Made by a program: the position numbers and the translations under genes. 64,000 bases of DNA, from assembly GCA_963693365.1 (NCBI GenBank), contig CAVNZM010000003.1:585468-649467 (forward strand). The letters are read 5' to 3'. Numbering within the stretch: the stretch's first letter is position 1; the number at the start of each line of letters is the position of its first letter. This stretch comes from Amoebidium appalachense. Taxonomy: Eukaryota; Protista; Ichthyosporea. Of the stretch, positions 1-15,358 are shown one piece after another. The notes beneath the pieces were generated by a model, which was given only the letters and a program-made list of their open reading frames with translations, was not told where the DNA came from and did not search any database.

Positions 1-52
1 AATTCGTCCACGTGCATGGAGTGTGGCCCACTGTACGTGTGTGTGTGTGTGT

Positions 53-88
<36 letters not shown>

Positions 89-498
89 GGGGGTGAATGG
101 TTGTGTGCGTTTGGGGGAAGGGGGGGGTGGGGGGGGATTTGACCCAAATAGGGGTTGCAATTGGTTTAGGTATTCACTTCCGGATTTCAAGACGAAGGGA
201 CAGGGGTAGGGGAAAAGAAGTGAAGGGGGGGGGGGGGAGGGGGAGGCTGGAGGGGGGAGAGGGCGGAAGGGGGAGGCGGGGGGCGCGCGGCCCGTGGGGG
301 GGGGGGGGGGGGGGGAGGGGAAGTGGGGGGAGGGCGGGGAGCAATGCCATTACATTTTGAATGAGCGGATTTCGTTTGATTTGACTTTTTTTTTCCAGAG
401 CGCAGCCACTGGGTTGCTAATCGTGTGTTGTGTGTGGCAAGGGCGCGGGGTTATTTGAGGTTGCGAGGGAGAAGAAGGAGGGAGGGGGGAAGGGGGGA

Positions 499-535
<37 letters not shown>

Positions 536-709
536 GGGGGTTGAGGGATGTAGAAAGAACTTTAAAAAGGACACTAGATTTAGAGATGGCATAAAAGGCC
601 ACCACTGCAGAAGGCTTCACGTTGGAAACTTCGGAAATGGTTGGTATAGACCTATGAGTTGAAGGGGAGGGACACGGGAATGTGAAGAAGGCAGGCAGGC
701 ACCCGTTCT

Positions 710-750
<41 letters not shown>

Positions 751-1247
751 AAAAAAAAAAAAAACCAAAAAAAAAATACGGACACAGATGACACACCTTT
801 CCTCCTACCTGGGATAAACACAAACATTCGTTCGGTGTGTGTGCACGTGTATATTTGTGTAGTGCGGCTGGGGAAGGGGGTGAAGGGGAAAAAAGTGTTT
901 GGGGGGGGGAGGGGAGGGGGGGGAGGGGGGATGGGGGGCGGGGGGATGGGGGGAGGGGGGGGGAGGGGGGAGGGAAGGGGGGAAGGGGTCCGGGGTTTGA
1001 AGTTGCTTGGGCCGTCCTACACAGTTTTAATACTGAAATGTTTACTTCAGCTTTGAAAACTCAGTTCACAGCTGAGTGTAGACTGACTCCTGTACTGTGA
1101 ATTTGCCTTGTGTTTGCAAACAAATTCAATGATCACAGAGCTAGATATCATGTGAAAGGTTTACGTTTTTGCTCATTTGCACAGGACTCTCGATGATAAG
1201 AAATTCGTGCTCTTATTCTAACACTGATGGGGCATCACCCCAAATGA

Positions 1248-3699
1248 CTACCAGAACACAGTAAACAGGGCCACAGCAAGAGACGACAGAACGAGCACAT
1301 ATGAAGAAGTGGGTGCAACACCATGTGCTATATTAGCAGCCCCTTCGATTGTGGTGGAGAGAACACTGCCTTGTGCCGCTGTGAGTGGGTCATACGAGGG
1401 AGCGCTACCACCCACAACATATGTGTAGCTAACAGATATCTGGCTGTCTCTGCGCTCTCTCGTGTGACGGTGGTGTGGTTGTTCGCTCTCAGCAAGCACC
1501 GACATGATTTGCCCAACCGTCTCCTGGATTTCGGAAAGTGCCTGGCGAATGGTTCGCACCACGGTTTCGTGCTTGTGTGCGTGTGCATGATTAATGTCGC
1601 GGCGTGCGCGAATCATTCCAACTTTCGTCAGTTGGTCCTTTGTTCCAGCCATGATTGCTTTACCCATGGAGGAGAAAGGTCCCTCCATACCCTCGAATTT
1701 TGCCCCCTTGAACATCTTCTGACATACCAAATCCTTGCAGGAGGTAACGTTGGTGTCTGCAGTGCAAAAAGACGTCCCGGCCTCAGTGTCGCTAGCAAAG
1801 TTGACGTTTACGCCGAATTTCGTAAGGAGCTCTTTGATGTCCGACCGTGCTGTGTTTACGTAGTCTTGCACTTTGCCGAAAACAGGACGGCATGTATCAT
1901 ACAGAGCATCGCACGTTGCCGCACTGAGACGAACCGTTATGTTATCGCCCTCCTTGTACGTGCCGTTAATGCCATCCACATACTTGGTGTAATCTGCATC
2001 ACACGCAAGGCAGGTCATCCCCACGTGGAAACGGAGGGCCCCTTGAAGGCAATAGGCGTAGCGGGCCTCGATGTCTAGCAGGTATGCACGTGTAGTTTCG
2101 AAGAGACGGTTTTTGAGGTCGGTGATTGCTTGGACGAGTTTCTGATATTCTTCGCTAAAGTCCGCCCCAGTGTTGTTCAGCCTGTTTGTGTGCGGGAAAG
2201 TCAGTCGGGTTTTTTTATCAGCCATACACAGAAACTCGGATATCACCTGCGATTTAGTTGGTTGGAAGACATTATCAACCCGTTTGGTTTGCAGCAAAAA
2301 AAGAAGTTGTCTGGGCAAGAGCAGAGAGAGCGCGCAATTGAGCATTCAGAGAGACCCCAATTAGAGAGAAGGAGAGAGGGCGGGAGAGTAATCTTCTCGC
2401 GCACTTGTTGTCTCGTGCATAATAGAAGTACCCAAACCCCCCCTCCCTCAACCCTCCGCTCCCCCCTGCCCCCTCCTCCCCTCCCCCCCCCCCCCCCCCC
2501 CTCAGCACACACACACACACCGTCCTCAATTTATAAGTGTACACATCACCCACTATCCTTCCATACACACAAAGCCCACCCACACTCTGGAAGAGACTTC
2601 GAGAAAGACAGAAAAAGTGCTTTGCTAAAGCAGAAAATCAGAGTATGTTCCCAAAAATCCAGATGTGCAATGATCCCAATAGTCCAGATCTAGAGGCTCG
2701 AACTCCCGCTAAACATCCAACTCAGAGAGCCTTAAAAAGTGACCCGTTGGCTGGGAGAGACAAACCGGGGAGGGGGTTCCTTTAAAAGTCATGAAAAAGG
2801 GACAGACCTTTGCAAATCATCCTTTGCATGTTTCCCCCGGCACCCCTCCCTCCAAAACCAAAGTTATAACGAAGACTTCTTAGACAGATGTCTGCTAACT
2901 CGCGGAAGGCTTCGCTTGGATTGAACCGCTTGTGCCTGGCTGCGGCGAATGCGCCAGTTTTGCAGGCACCGAAATACCCCCCCCCCCCCCCCCCCCCCCC
3001 CCCTCCCCCCTCTCTCCCCTTTTTTTTTTTCGCTGGCACACGAATGCTCCTACCTCAAGATTTTCTCTAGGTTTCTGAGACTCTCTCATTTCACACTCCT
3101 TGGCTCCAAATCTGCCACGGAACGCTAACATGATAATCACGCGATAAGCGGAGGACGCCCTGAGTGCTTGTTTTTCTTGCACAGTTCCCGTTAATTTCTG
3201 TGTGTATTCACCCTAAATTTCTACGATTACATCATGATAAAACATAAACAAGCTCTTTTACCCACCCAATTTGCTGCTGCATGCCCGTGGCCGAGAAGTT
3301 GAGTGAGTTGGAGCCCGTGCTGTTCAGGTACTCCAAGACCCTATTCCTAGTCTTGTTGATGCGACTTTTGTAGATGCCATACAGAGACCCAATATCGTTG
3401 AAGTCTGTGGCGTTACAGCAAGAGTTGGTAACGGAGGGACACACGCTGTTGACGAGCCCGAGGACGGCTGCTTGCCGTGCTGAAACACGTTCAGAAACGT
3501 TGGTGTATGGATAGTCTGAATCACTCTCTTTGAAGGCAAGCATCAGGGGGTTGCAGACACTCGTATCATTGATGGCACCAAATGATGGCGTTGGAATGGT
3601 TGCGGACGTGCTTGTAGGAAAAAGAGTGCTCCCTACGTCTGCTTGAGCACCAAGCCCGAAGGCAAGCGCACACGCAGCGAAAGAAACATGCATTTTCAT
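1248..3699 (-). CDS. Secreted, probably GPI-anchored cysteine-rich glycoprotein with folate-receptor/NPC1-N-like Cys pattern; 2 exons (3699-3266, 2181-1248), about 455 aa
   Basis: Signal peptide MKMHVSFAACALAFGLGAQA; CPSVTNSCCN, TCLACD and LSAATCDALYDTC motifs; several N-x-S/T sites; hydrophobic C-terminus SYVLVLSSLAVALFTVFW. Donor GTGGGT at 3265 and acceptor CTGAC...ACAAACAG at 2182 are both phase 2. Family assignment is by motif recall, not by a search. Confidence 0.75.
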
Positions 3700-4302
3700 T
3701 GTTTTTCTTGTGCTTTACTCAGCTTTTACTTGAGTTTCTATGAGGAACGCTTCACGTTTTGTGGTTTCTGTCAAGAGAAAAGAGAGAAGTGAGATTTCGT
3801 GTGAAGTCGTGTGTGCGTTCATAATGAAGCTGGTGTGAAAAATGTCGCCTTTTACGTACTCCAAATGCTACGGTTATGGCGTATTGCAGGTGCGTGTGAA
3901 CCGCGGGACATCATCGTCTGGTCGGATCTGGAATAGATTCCCAGGTCTGACATTCCTATTGGATGAATAACTCGAGAGGGGTAAATATTCGTGATTGTGC
4001 ATTTGGTTGTGGGCAAGGATCGCTAGCACAAAGAAGCGCCTGATGTGCCAATAAGTTAGCTTAATCATTTTATGCATCAATCTACAAATGTTTCTGTTTT
4101 CCCTATTGGTAGTTCAAATTTTACTTATGGTTCGTAGGAGTGGAATGTGGCGAACTTTTTAGGCTACTCTCTGGAATCCAGAGTACAGCTATTTTACATG
4201 TCTCTGAGTAACCATAAATAACTTTTTCGGTCACCAATCGTTATCGGCTCACATTACTATTGGTTTAACCCGCACCGTTTAAGTTTTCACTGAGCCATGT
4301 AC

Positions 4303-4816
<514 letters not shown>

Positions 4817-5075
4817 GAATTGTTCCGAGGCTCTCGACAGGCACCTGTACATGTACTTTTGCTGTGCACGTCCGATGTCGACAGTGTCGACGTCAAGCTC
4901 GCGATGTGCAAGGCACAGGTACAGATCAAAAATATCGTAACTCGTGTGTATACATACTGTAAACACACAGATTACACAGATACATATACCGTATCTCGTG
5001 TATATACATACTGTAAATACTGGTTCAGGAAGCTACAATAAAGCCTGGGCCCGGGGCATGTAGATGCACGACTGG

Positions 5076-6000
5076 TAAGTCGACCGTGAGCCACTTTAGT
5101 GGCTCGAATGGGTCGAAATAGCCACTAAAGTGGCTCGTACCGGACGACCACCCCTGCAGCTTAGTGGTCGAGAGTTGCCCGCGCTTTCTTGGTATGCCCA
5201 TTTAGCTGCTGAAGTTTCCTGCCTTTTTTGTCTCTGGACCAAGGTGATTGGTGTAATAAAAAAGGGCGCCAGCGCTTGTCAACCAACTCGGGGTATCGTG
5301 TTTTTTTTACATTCCTCGGCAGTCGACAGATCTATCGATTTCAGCCCAGATTTCTGCCGGAAGCGGCTGAACCTCTGGAGAATGCTACATAGTGAACTCG
5401 ATGAAAAGTCAACATAAAGCCTTCAAATTTTGCCGCTAGCATGCTAGCACATTTTTTTTTGCTTTCTGCTACTTTTTAAAGGGTTCCGCGCACCTTGAAG
5501 CACCTATATTTTGACATAACCAAAAACTTGTCCAGAGAGTCCAGTTTGACTCGATTCCGCCCGACTGCCGACCTCCATTTCCGGTGGAAGAAGGCTATCC
5601 GTTGCAGAACGCTACTAAGTGATCTCAGTGAAATGACGACGTAAGACCTTCAAACTTTGCAGGTAGCATGCTAATACTATCGTCTTTGTTTTCTACTAAT
5701 TATATTAGGGCTTAGCACACCGTGGGGAGGCGCTTAGCACACCGGCAATATAACGAACATAACCAAAAATTCGTCCAGAAAATCAACTTCTTCGCTTGCA
5801 ACCCCAAGTTCGCAGCGCAGTGTGAAGCAGACATTAGAGACAAAACTTCGTGTTCTTGGTGTCTGCGTGACCGTTAGGTTGTTAACAACGTCGATGTGTA
5901 GTTTGTTTTGTGAGTTTTGTATGTTTACTACCACTTGTAGGGATCGCGCGCAACTAGGTCATTCGAGCCACAAAAGTGGCTCAGATCGCCGGTCGGCTTA
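5076..6000. mobile_element. Non-autonomous DNA-transposon-like element with imperfect terminal inverted repeats
   Basis: TAAGTCGACCG-TGAGCCACTTTAGTGGCTCGAATG (5076-5110) is inverted relative to CATTCGAGCCACAAAAGTGGCTCA...CGGTCGGCTTA (5960-6000); degenerate internal duplication (about 5400-5540 vs 5630-5780); no coding capacity; TSD not identified. Confidence 0.55.
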
Positions 6001-6036
6001 TCACACTTATATGTATGTACTGGACAGAGGTTGGCC

Positions 6037-6199
<163 letters not shown>

Positions 6200-6235
6200 C
6201 CCCTCATCCTCTCTCTCTCCCTCTCTCTCTCCCTC

Positions 6236-6266
<31 letters not shown>

Positions 6267-6655
6267 ACCTCCCTTCTTTCTCTCTTTCTCTGTGTGAGTG
6301 TGTGTGTGAGTGTGTGTGTGTGTATACAGTGTGTGCCGTATTTGTACAGTCTACCACTAGCGAAAAAGCAATGCCAAAAAGGTATCGAAAAACTTAAACT
6401 TGTACGTACATATAATTACCACCTCTATTTGTATTTTTCACATTGTTTTGCCAGCCAACTGTTTCCTTTTGCACACCACTTTTTTTTTTTTTACATGTAA
6501 GAAACAAAGAAGAGGTCTGACACACTAGTACTTCCATTTAGGTTGTGCATATTGTCTTGACTATTACTGGGAACCCTCCCCCGGTTCCTGCCCCTCTCCC
6601 GCCTCTCACCCCCGCCCCCCCCCCCCCCCCCCCCCCCCCTCTCCTCCCCCCCCTC

Positions 6656-6699
<44 letters not shown>

Positions 6700-6706
6700 A
6701 CCACCA

Positions 6707-6758
<52 letters not shown>

Positions 6759-7038
6759 GGTGTTTGTGGGTGTTAGAGGTGGTGGTGGTTATGGTGGAGA
6801 TGGGTTGAGGGGGATGGGGGGAGGGGGGGGGGGGGGGGGGGGAGGGAAGGAATGGGGGGGTCACAAGTAGCCTCTTCGACATGCACTTCCCTCCTATAAT
6901 TAATGTGCACATTTCCAGAGTCTAGAATGGCGCTATGAGTCGTGCTTCACACAGCGTACAGTGCTCAAAACTTGAAAAAAATTATATCATGGCTTGCCAG
7001 CTGGGAATAACAAAGGTTCATATTGAACATTACCCCCC

Positions 7039-7069
<31 letters not shown>

Positions 7070-7397
7070 ACACCCCTTCCCCCTCCCCCCCCTCCCTCTC
7101 CCCCCCCCCCCCTCCCCTCCCACCACCACCACCCCCACAAACCCCACCACCACAACCATCATCACCACCACATACATGCACATACAGAAACACATACAAT
7201 AATACCCAATCCCCCCCCCCCCCCCCCCCCCCCCCAAACACACACACACACAATCCGTGACACCGGCACCACCGTAATGATTTACCAACCGACTTGTTGC
7301 CTCTTGCTTTCCCTTTTCGCTCCCACCTCTTCCCCTCCCATGCTACGCCCATCTGCTTGCATCCCTGCCAATCCCGGTAACCATACCGAGACCCCTC

Positions 7398-7440
<43 letters not shown>

Positions 7441-8147
7441 TCCCCCTGGCCAACCGTTCTATAACAGACTACTCCCCTCCTCCCCCAGTCCACCCCCTCC
7501 CCCGCCCCCCAAATCTTCTCCTCCCCCCACCTCCCCCCGACCCTGCCCCATGGGTTCTCACTGCTGTCAATTTCGAAATAAAAAGCCAACACCATTATCC
7601 TCCTACGTATACAGTAGCTACGCGTACCACGTCTAACCGAGCCCCAACTACACACGCACAATATGATACAAGGAATCAGCCCGGAGAGGAGGTAAAGGAT
7701 AGGTAGAGGGGAGGTTCGGGGAAGAAGTGTGTGGGGGGGGGGGGGGGGGGGGAGGGAGAGAGAGAGTTTGGGTGGGAGGGGGGAGGAGGGAGGGAGGGAG
7801 GGACTATGGCATCTCATTTTTACGCAGGCTAGGCAAACCTCCAGAATCATAAATTGTGAAAATATTTCTTGAACGCGTAATCTCAATACGGAAGAATCAC
7901 CCAACATTGAATACCGGCCCAAGTTTAAGCCTCTGTGGATAGCCCAGAGGCATTTTTTTTCTTCTTCTTTGGCTGGTTTTCTGTTTTACTCACATTCTTC
8001 ACATTTCAGTCCTGCTAGTCTACCAGCATGTAGGCTGCACACGCACGTGATTTCGAGTGTTTAAAAACACGTTATGAAGGTTTTAGTAGCTATGAGTATG
8101 ATTTAGATACTATACTTGTACTAGTAGTCATCGTAGGAATCTGCCTA

Positions 8148-8184
<37 letters not shown>

Positions 8185-8452
8185 CCCCCCCCTCCTCTCC
8201 TCCCCCCCCCCCCCCCCCCCCCCCCCCCGTTACACCGTAACGGGGTGTTTAGGGGGCATGAAACTGTTGGTTTGCCCCCCAAAAAAGCTAGAAGCTCAAC
8301 AAAAACAGCTATCAGAACGTGTTTCTCATATTTAAATGCCAGCACGACCAATGAGCACGAAAACACCCCGGGTTAAAACCCTATTGACACGATAATTCAA
8401 TGTGATTACATCAAGCTTCGGTGCAAAAAATTTTCGGTACAAAAATTTCCTG

Positions 8453-8493
<41 letters not shown>

Positions 8494-8752
8494 TTCCCCC
8501 CCATCCTCCAGCCCCCTAACCCCCCCCCCCCCCCTCCCCACAGGAACTACCTTCTATCAAATCTCCACATCTGTTTCGCATATTAATTACGTCGACCGTT
8601 TCTGAGATATGTTTCATGCGCAATAAATCTCGGTTACTAGCTAGTTTTCAAGTTTAATAGAGACGACGTGCACTCACATAATTTTTAATCAGTATTGTGT
8701 GTCACTATCTGTGTGTGTACATGCGTGTGTGTGCTGCGCATCTCTCTAACCC

Positions 8753-8786
<34 letters not shown>

Positions 8787-8798
8787 TTCTCGATCTGA

Positions 8799-8845
<47 letters not shown>

Positions 8846-8882
8846 CCCCCCCCCCCCTCCCCCTCTCTCTCTCCCTCTCCCT

Positions 8883-8968
<86 letters not shown>

Positions 8969-9011
8969 TTCTCCCTCTATTTCTCCCTCCCTCCCTCTCC
9001 TTCTCTCATTC

Positions 9012-9055
<44 letters not shown>

Positions 9056-9138
9056 TCTCTCTCTCTCTCTGCACCTTGCATCCGACGTCCAGTGCACACT
9101 TGCCGGCAGCATGCGCTCGTGTGCCAAGCGGGGTGTAC

Positions 9139-9448
<310 letters not shown>

Positions 9449-9875
9449 ACTACTGTGTTACTGTGTGTCACGGTACATGGGTGTTGCAATGCATTTTGTC
9501 TGTCTGTCTTGACATGTATTACGTATTACTTGTGCACTTGTTCAATGGCCAGTCTATCTGTGCACCCAGTCAGCCAGTGATGCATCATCGGGCCCCTGAG
9601 GCCATATCGATGTCGACACCAATGCGCACATTCGAGTCGACGGTGGTGCGTCGACCAGTGCCCGGAAACAACAAAATAAATGTCAACTTGCAACGGCAGT
9701 ACCTGCAGCTGGTGCAGTGAATGCACGGCGGTACACTGGTAGCTGTGCAGCAACGTCAACTTACAATATGAGTATTCAATTCAGTCTGTCAACTGCGCAC
9801 AGCTCCGCGGCGCCGGCAGCGAGTGCACTCACATGTAGCCTAAGTAGTACGTGAAGTATGGCTCACATAAAGGCC

Positions 9876-9948
9876 TCCTCCATCGGGATTTGAACCCGAG
9901 CACCTAGTGTCCTTAGGCCGATGGCTTGACCATCTGGGCCAAAAAGGC
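9876..9948 (-). pseudogene. tRNA-derived sequence (tRNA pseudogene or SINE head)
   Basis: Minus strand has A-box TGGCCCAGATGG, B-box GGTTCAAATCC and a T-arm stem TCGGG/CCCGA; acceptor and anticodon stems pair poorly. Confidence 0.7.
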
Positions 9949-9981
9949 TTGTAGATCTCTACACACCACAAAGAGACATCA

Positions 9982-10466
9982 ACACGACACTAGACCCGAT
10001 GAAAGCATACACCTTGAAAAACTAAGCCTTATGTCTCGTTTTATATATACTGACCGCCTCAACCATACTGCCAAATATGGCACTCGCAAGTGTATAACAC
10101 CTAAATACATATTACCTTCCTGTAGAACTGGTCTTTCTCTAGCTGATGGTATTATTGATCAATTACCACGCTTTTACTGTACACGTGCTATACAGTGGAG
10201 ATCTAATAAGTATAAGGTGGCATCATTTGCATGCCCAAACAACACACACACACACCAGTTTAACCGGTCATGTATCGCCAAATGTAGTTTGATAGACCAC
10301 ATAATACCGCAACACACACACGTCACATTCACAACAGACACCCAGAAAGATAGCCTACCTGTAAATTACAACATCCTTGATTTTATACTAAACACGCGTA
10401 ACTACGACCTGTTTATTAGATGTATTGATTGGCTTGAGAAACACATCACTACAAAATTATAGCGCA

Positions 10467-10545
<79 letters not shown>

Positions 10546-10577
10546 CCAGCTGATACCGAGTGTCCCGAGGGGAGCCC

Positions 10578-10627
<50 letters not shown>

Positions 10628-10822
10628 GGGGAACCCCAACTAATTGATTTCTCCTTGTAGTCTTTATGGTGTCTCGTAGAGAAAGTAAACCCTGATATAT
10701 AGTCACCACCCGACATCTATGTACGTGATCATGATATACCGCTGAGGGGATATTCCGAGCAAAACCCCCCCCCCCATACCTGAGACTGGTTCTCTTTGCC
10801 TCGAGTAAACAGCGTAAACCCC
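9982..10822 (+). mobile_element. 5'-truncated copy of the non-LTR retrotransposon (ORF2 C-terminus plus complete 3'UTR)
   Basis: Encodes HDTRPDESIHLEK...WLEKHITTKL, nearly identical to the ORF2 C-terminus at 19289-19770; same 3'UTR ending GTAAACAGCGTAAACCCC. Confidence 0.95.
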
Positions 10823-11179
10823 AAGGCTATATATGCCTTTGCCATACCACAGTACGTATGCATAGCTACATACAGCGAGCCTCGGGAGTCGGGGCGTCGT
10901 CACTCTGTCGAGCGTCGTGAGCGAGTATGATACTGCAATCATTGGCCCCGGTGCCAGAGAATTTCTATCTGATTCGTGTACATAGATAGGCATATGCTGT
11001 TCTCAACAAGCCAAAAACGCAGACCTCCCGGTATCAAAGTTCATAAAGTGGGAATAATAAAGACTATGAAATAATATTAGCAATAGAATTGACCTCTGAC
11101 TGAGCTAGCACTATAGCAAATGTGGCTGTACATGTGTTTCGGTATCACCGAATTTTCTCGTTCTGCTAATGAACCTGAG

Positions 11180-11360
11180 CAGGGATTGGATAATGGTTAA
11201 CCTGATTCTGGTGCCAATACTGCTGTTGATTGGTTAAACTGCGCAAAAGAGGAGGCTTAACCAAATAAAGCAACTGTGCAGCTCTCCTATTGGTTAATTG
11301 CTTACGTGCTGGGCTAATGCTGATTGGTTGAACCGCTTCGGCCCACTCCTATTGGTTCCG
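11180..11360. promoter_or_regulatory. Cluster of CCAAT/ATTGG boxes upstream of the T-box gene
   Basis: About six ATTGG/CCAAT pentamers in 180 bp, four of them as ATTGGTT, about 1.5 kb 5' of the T-box ATG; function inferred. Confidence 0.3.
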
Positions 11361-12851
11361 GTTTTCGAGCACCGTGCTGAAGGTGCTAACACAACAGTCT
11401 CCATAGATCACCTTGTTTGGCAATAGCTAGAGCTACTACTGCATGCTAAACAACTACTGTATATGGTACCCTCTAAGTTTGGGTACAGTTCCAACAGGGG
11501 CTTGGCTGTAATAGAGCGAACTTAGATAATTTATTTCTAACAAAATACCGGGCAAAGCACCAGCTTCCGTGATTTAGAAAATAAGCTCTAGAATCTATTA
11601 TAGTCTAGATGTCGATTCCGTAGGACAGAACCTTGGCGTACTTACGCCGACAATTTTAATTTTTTCTAATATCTCTGACCGATAATATGCATACTTCTTC
11701 ACGTGAGCACGACAGCAGATAACTCTTTTCTACATATTTAGGGCAAGCTTAATCACAAAGTATTCACAACCATTTCTTATATATTTATATTTGACAAGGA
11801 GCTAAGGAAGAACCTTTGTGCTACGGCTTGTAATTAGTTTGATTGCCCTGCGAATTTCCACATCATGGGTGGCCACGTACAGATGTGCATTCTTTACCGG
11901 TCGGCTCTGGCCGCGCCAGGGCGCGATATCACACCACCTGTGTTCTAGCAAAAGAAAAGCACTCCCACCAGCATAAACTGAACAGACTCACGTACATATC
12001 TTTAGTACCTTTTTGTAAAAGAGTCGACACATTACGTTACCCAAACACATAATTTGTTTTAGATAATGCCCTGCGACGGCTGCGAGCCACTGCTCCTGGG
12101 CCTGGCTCACATACATACCTGTCCGTGAGTAGTATAGGGGGAAAACCCCGCACCGTGGTGGCTACTGTAGCAAAGCCTGCTCGTTTTTTCACTCACGAAT
12201 TCTAAGTCTACAATCTTCTGTTTGCCTTTTCTTTTCCTCCTCTCAAAGTTCCCAGAGCATTTATAGTTACTTTCTTGTACTTAGTTTTGTCTCTTTTATG
12301 ACTCTACTCTGGTTAATGTCGGTTACTATAACTGTTTGTATGTTTGTTTGTTTACTGTGCAGGTATTACCGCGGGAAGAAAGAACGTCCTGTGCTTGTGG
12401 TCAAAGAGTGATATCGTGTTTTCCTGACAGATAAAACATTTCCCTGGCAGGTAGTAAAAAGAGACGAAAAGGGAAAACGTTCATCCTTTTAGTGCGGCAT
12501 TATTCTTAGGTATAGTCAATGAGATCATCCGTTTTTTGCAGTACATAAACTAAACCCGCATCTCTCACAGATCTGTCTGCACCACACCAGTCAACACTCA
12601 CCTTCCGAAAATATTTCTCACTTATCTTCTTGTTTGCATGGTACCATGTATTGCTGATGCCTTCTAGAGACATCCCAAGCGCATATTTAGTACACACCAA
12701 AAGCACTACACCTCCAAAATTGACTCTTCACACCTACCACCACCTATTCAGCCACATCCACACATTGTGATCCCCCAAGCACAAGTACACACACGTCCTA
12801 GTCCCGCCCTTAGCCTTCCAAGTGCTTCCACCTTCTTCCACCCGCGAAACC

Positions 12852-15274
12852 ATGGAGGCAGTTAATTCCAGCCAAACACCCGTACAGGGTGTACAGACGT
12901 GGGGGTCTTACAGGCGCCAAAGTGCTGAGAGCCATGTTAGTGTTGCCTCATCTGATGTTAGCACAGACAGCCGGCATAGCAGGTGAGCCCCGTTTCTTCC
13001 TCCATTCCCCCCGCCCTTCACCCTGCTTCTTTCCTTCCAGCATGGACTCATTATGTTTTAAGTCGGGTTGGTGTGTTAGTGCAGTTCAAACTCAGAATGT
13101 GCGATTGTGATGGGCCCCATCTAAGGGTGAGCTCCATTTTACATCCTGTGGTATTGGCCTTCGATATGTCGATTACTGCCTTGTACCCAGTAACACGTCA
13201 CTTTACTCTACCCATGGCCGCCACTGCTCTCAAAAACAACCACATCACAAGCAAGCGACGTGCAAATTTGGGACATTTGATGCAGTGATTGCAAAACCAA
13301 ACATTAGGATTCCATGATCGACTCTTCCCATCATAATCTGACAGTTTGGGTTTGTCAACAGCAGTGGTGGCGAAGAGGCAACAGATGAAACTGAAGACTC
13401 TGCCAACCACACACCGACAACGCAACAAGAGACACAGAATCCCTACACGGGATATTTAAATCCCGATACACTTTCTAACCCCGCACCCAAAAGAATCCAC
13501 GTACGCAACCACTCGTTTCTTTACGAAGAATACCGCCAGTCGCCAGAGGTAACAAACGTCACTTCCCAGACACCAGGAAGCGAAAACGTATACGTGGTTC
13601 CTCATGTTCCGGGATCATGGAGTGCATGTTTACGCGGTTCTGCGCTTATGGAGCAACTAGTTTCGAGCGCGGGAAGAAGACTTTACCCCCCCGTGATTGC
13701 AACAATACAGGGACTTGACCCGGAGACAAAGTATGAAGTGAGTTTGGAATTTTGGTGTCTCGATCATGAAACCGTTCGGTGGAGATATGATGGTGTGACG
13801 GGGTGGACGAAGCAATTGTGTTCTGCAGGTATGCAAACGGTTTAACGGCGCATGCTGGTTGGTTCGATGAAGTTTGTATGGGTTTGAGGGGTTGGTAATA
13901 GTGGGGGGCCTCCAAGGGTTAGGTTCTGAGCGGTACTATAAGAAATGTGAGTGGTACATTGTCATGCGGGTTTAGGAAAGGTGCCGCCCTCCCCTCCCAT
14001 TGGTTGGCCTAAGTTTAATTTTAGCGCCTGTCATTTCATCGGCTAACTCGGTGGTGTTAAAGAATTGATTCCATTTCTGTATGTCAATGCTAAAGGAAAC
14101 TACCGTCACGACCATTTAAGGTTAAGAAACCGCATATGGAATTGTGCTTATTCCTATAATCTATATGTAGGTTACCAACGCAAGAAAGCGGGATCCGGCT
14201 CTCGCATAGCCCTCGAAGCCCGTGAGATCGGAAGCCCCATTCCAACCTCCGGTCCGTGGACAGGCAGATGTCTTGCCGAAAGAGGTAACCCCCCCCCCCC
14301 CCGTTTTCCTCCCCTCCCCCCGCCCCTCCAACACACACACACACATGCACGCACACGCACACGCATATTCTTTGTGCGTGGTTTGGGCTCTGCATTGTGC
14401 TGTCCGTCATGAATGTGTACTTGGCACTCTTTAACACATTCGAACCTGCCCTTTCCTTTTAAGATGTGTCCGCGGCCCATATTGCGGATTAAAAACTAGC
14501 AGGCCTAGGTGGACGAAATGGGCCTGAATCCCTTTTCATCCGTCAAAAACGCCGTTTTTTATGGACTATAAGCCTAACAAACCTAGGTTTAAAACACGAA
14601 GAATCAAAAGGCCTTTTTTTGACATCATTCGTTGCTTAGCGCAAAAACAAACAAACATAAACTTCTATAAAGTAAGACTTGGCGTTGTAGTGGTACGCCG
14701 CTGGCGCTGGCGGCGTTAGAAGTTCAAGTTGCCATGCGATGTGATGCCTTCAGGGGAAGCCTACGAATTTGAGCTGGTGCATTTGATTGGTCGATTTAGA
14801 TAAGCAGTTCAGCACTTCGAATTTCGGATCCCACAAAGGGGGTGTGCAAAAACTTTTTACTTAGTGAAAGTTTGCGCTATGATTTTGTATGTAGCACAAC
14901 TTGGTATCAAAAGGAGCATATATTTTTTTTTTAACATATTCTTAATTAAGGTATGGGGTTTTGGCCGCTGTAGTGGCTGAAATATCAAGTAAAATGCTAG
15001 GGACAATGCCATTATCCATCTGGGCCTGCTAGTTTTTTGTCCGTCGAATCTGGTCGCAGGCCGCCGCGGACACATCTCTGGTGCTTGCTACGATCCCCGT
15101 GGCGAATTTGAACTTGTACCGTTTTACCATCCCCCCCCCCCCCCCCCCCCCGCGCAGGAAAAAGAAAAGGACGATAGAAAGAATGAAAGAAAGAAACTAA
15201 CATACACACGCACACAAAAACGACCAAATCCACCCCCCCCCCACCCCCCCCCCCGTCCCCACTGTAACAACCAC

Positions 15275-15358
<84 letters not shown>

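Noticed and set aside
1323-2078. 251-aa plus-strand ORF, and similarly 22121-23182
   Set aside because: Antisense shadows of real coding sequences on the opposite strand with no recognisable motifs.
9876-9948. Functional tRNA gene
   Set aside because: Acceptor and anticodon stems do not pair properly; kept only as tRNA-derived.
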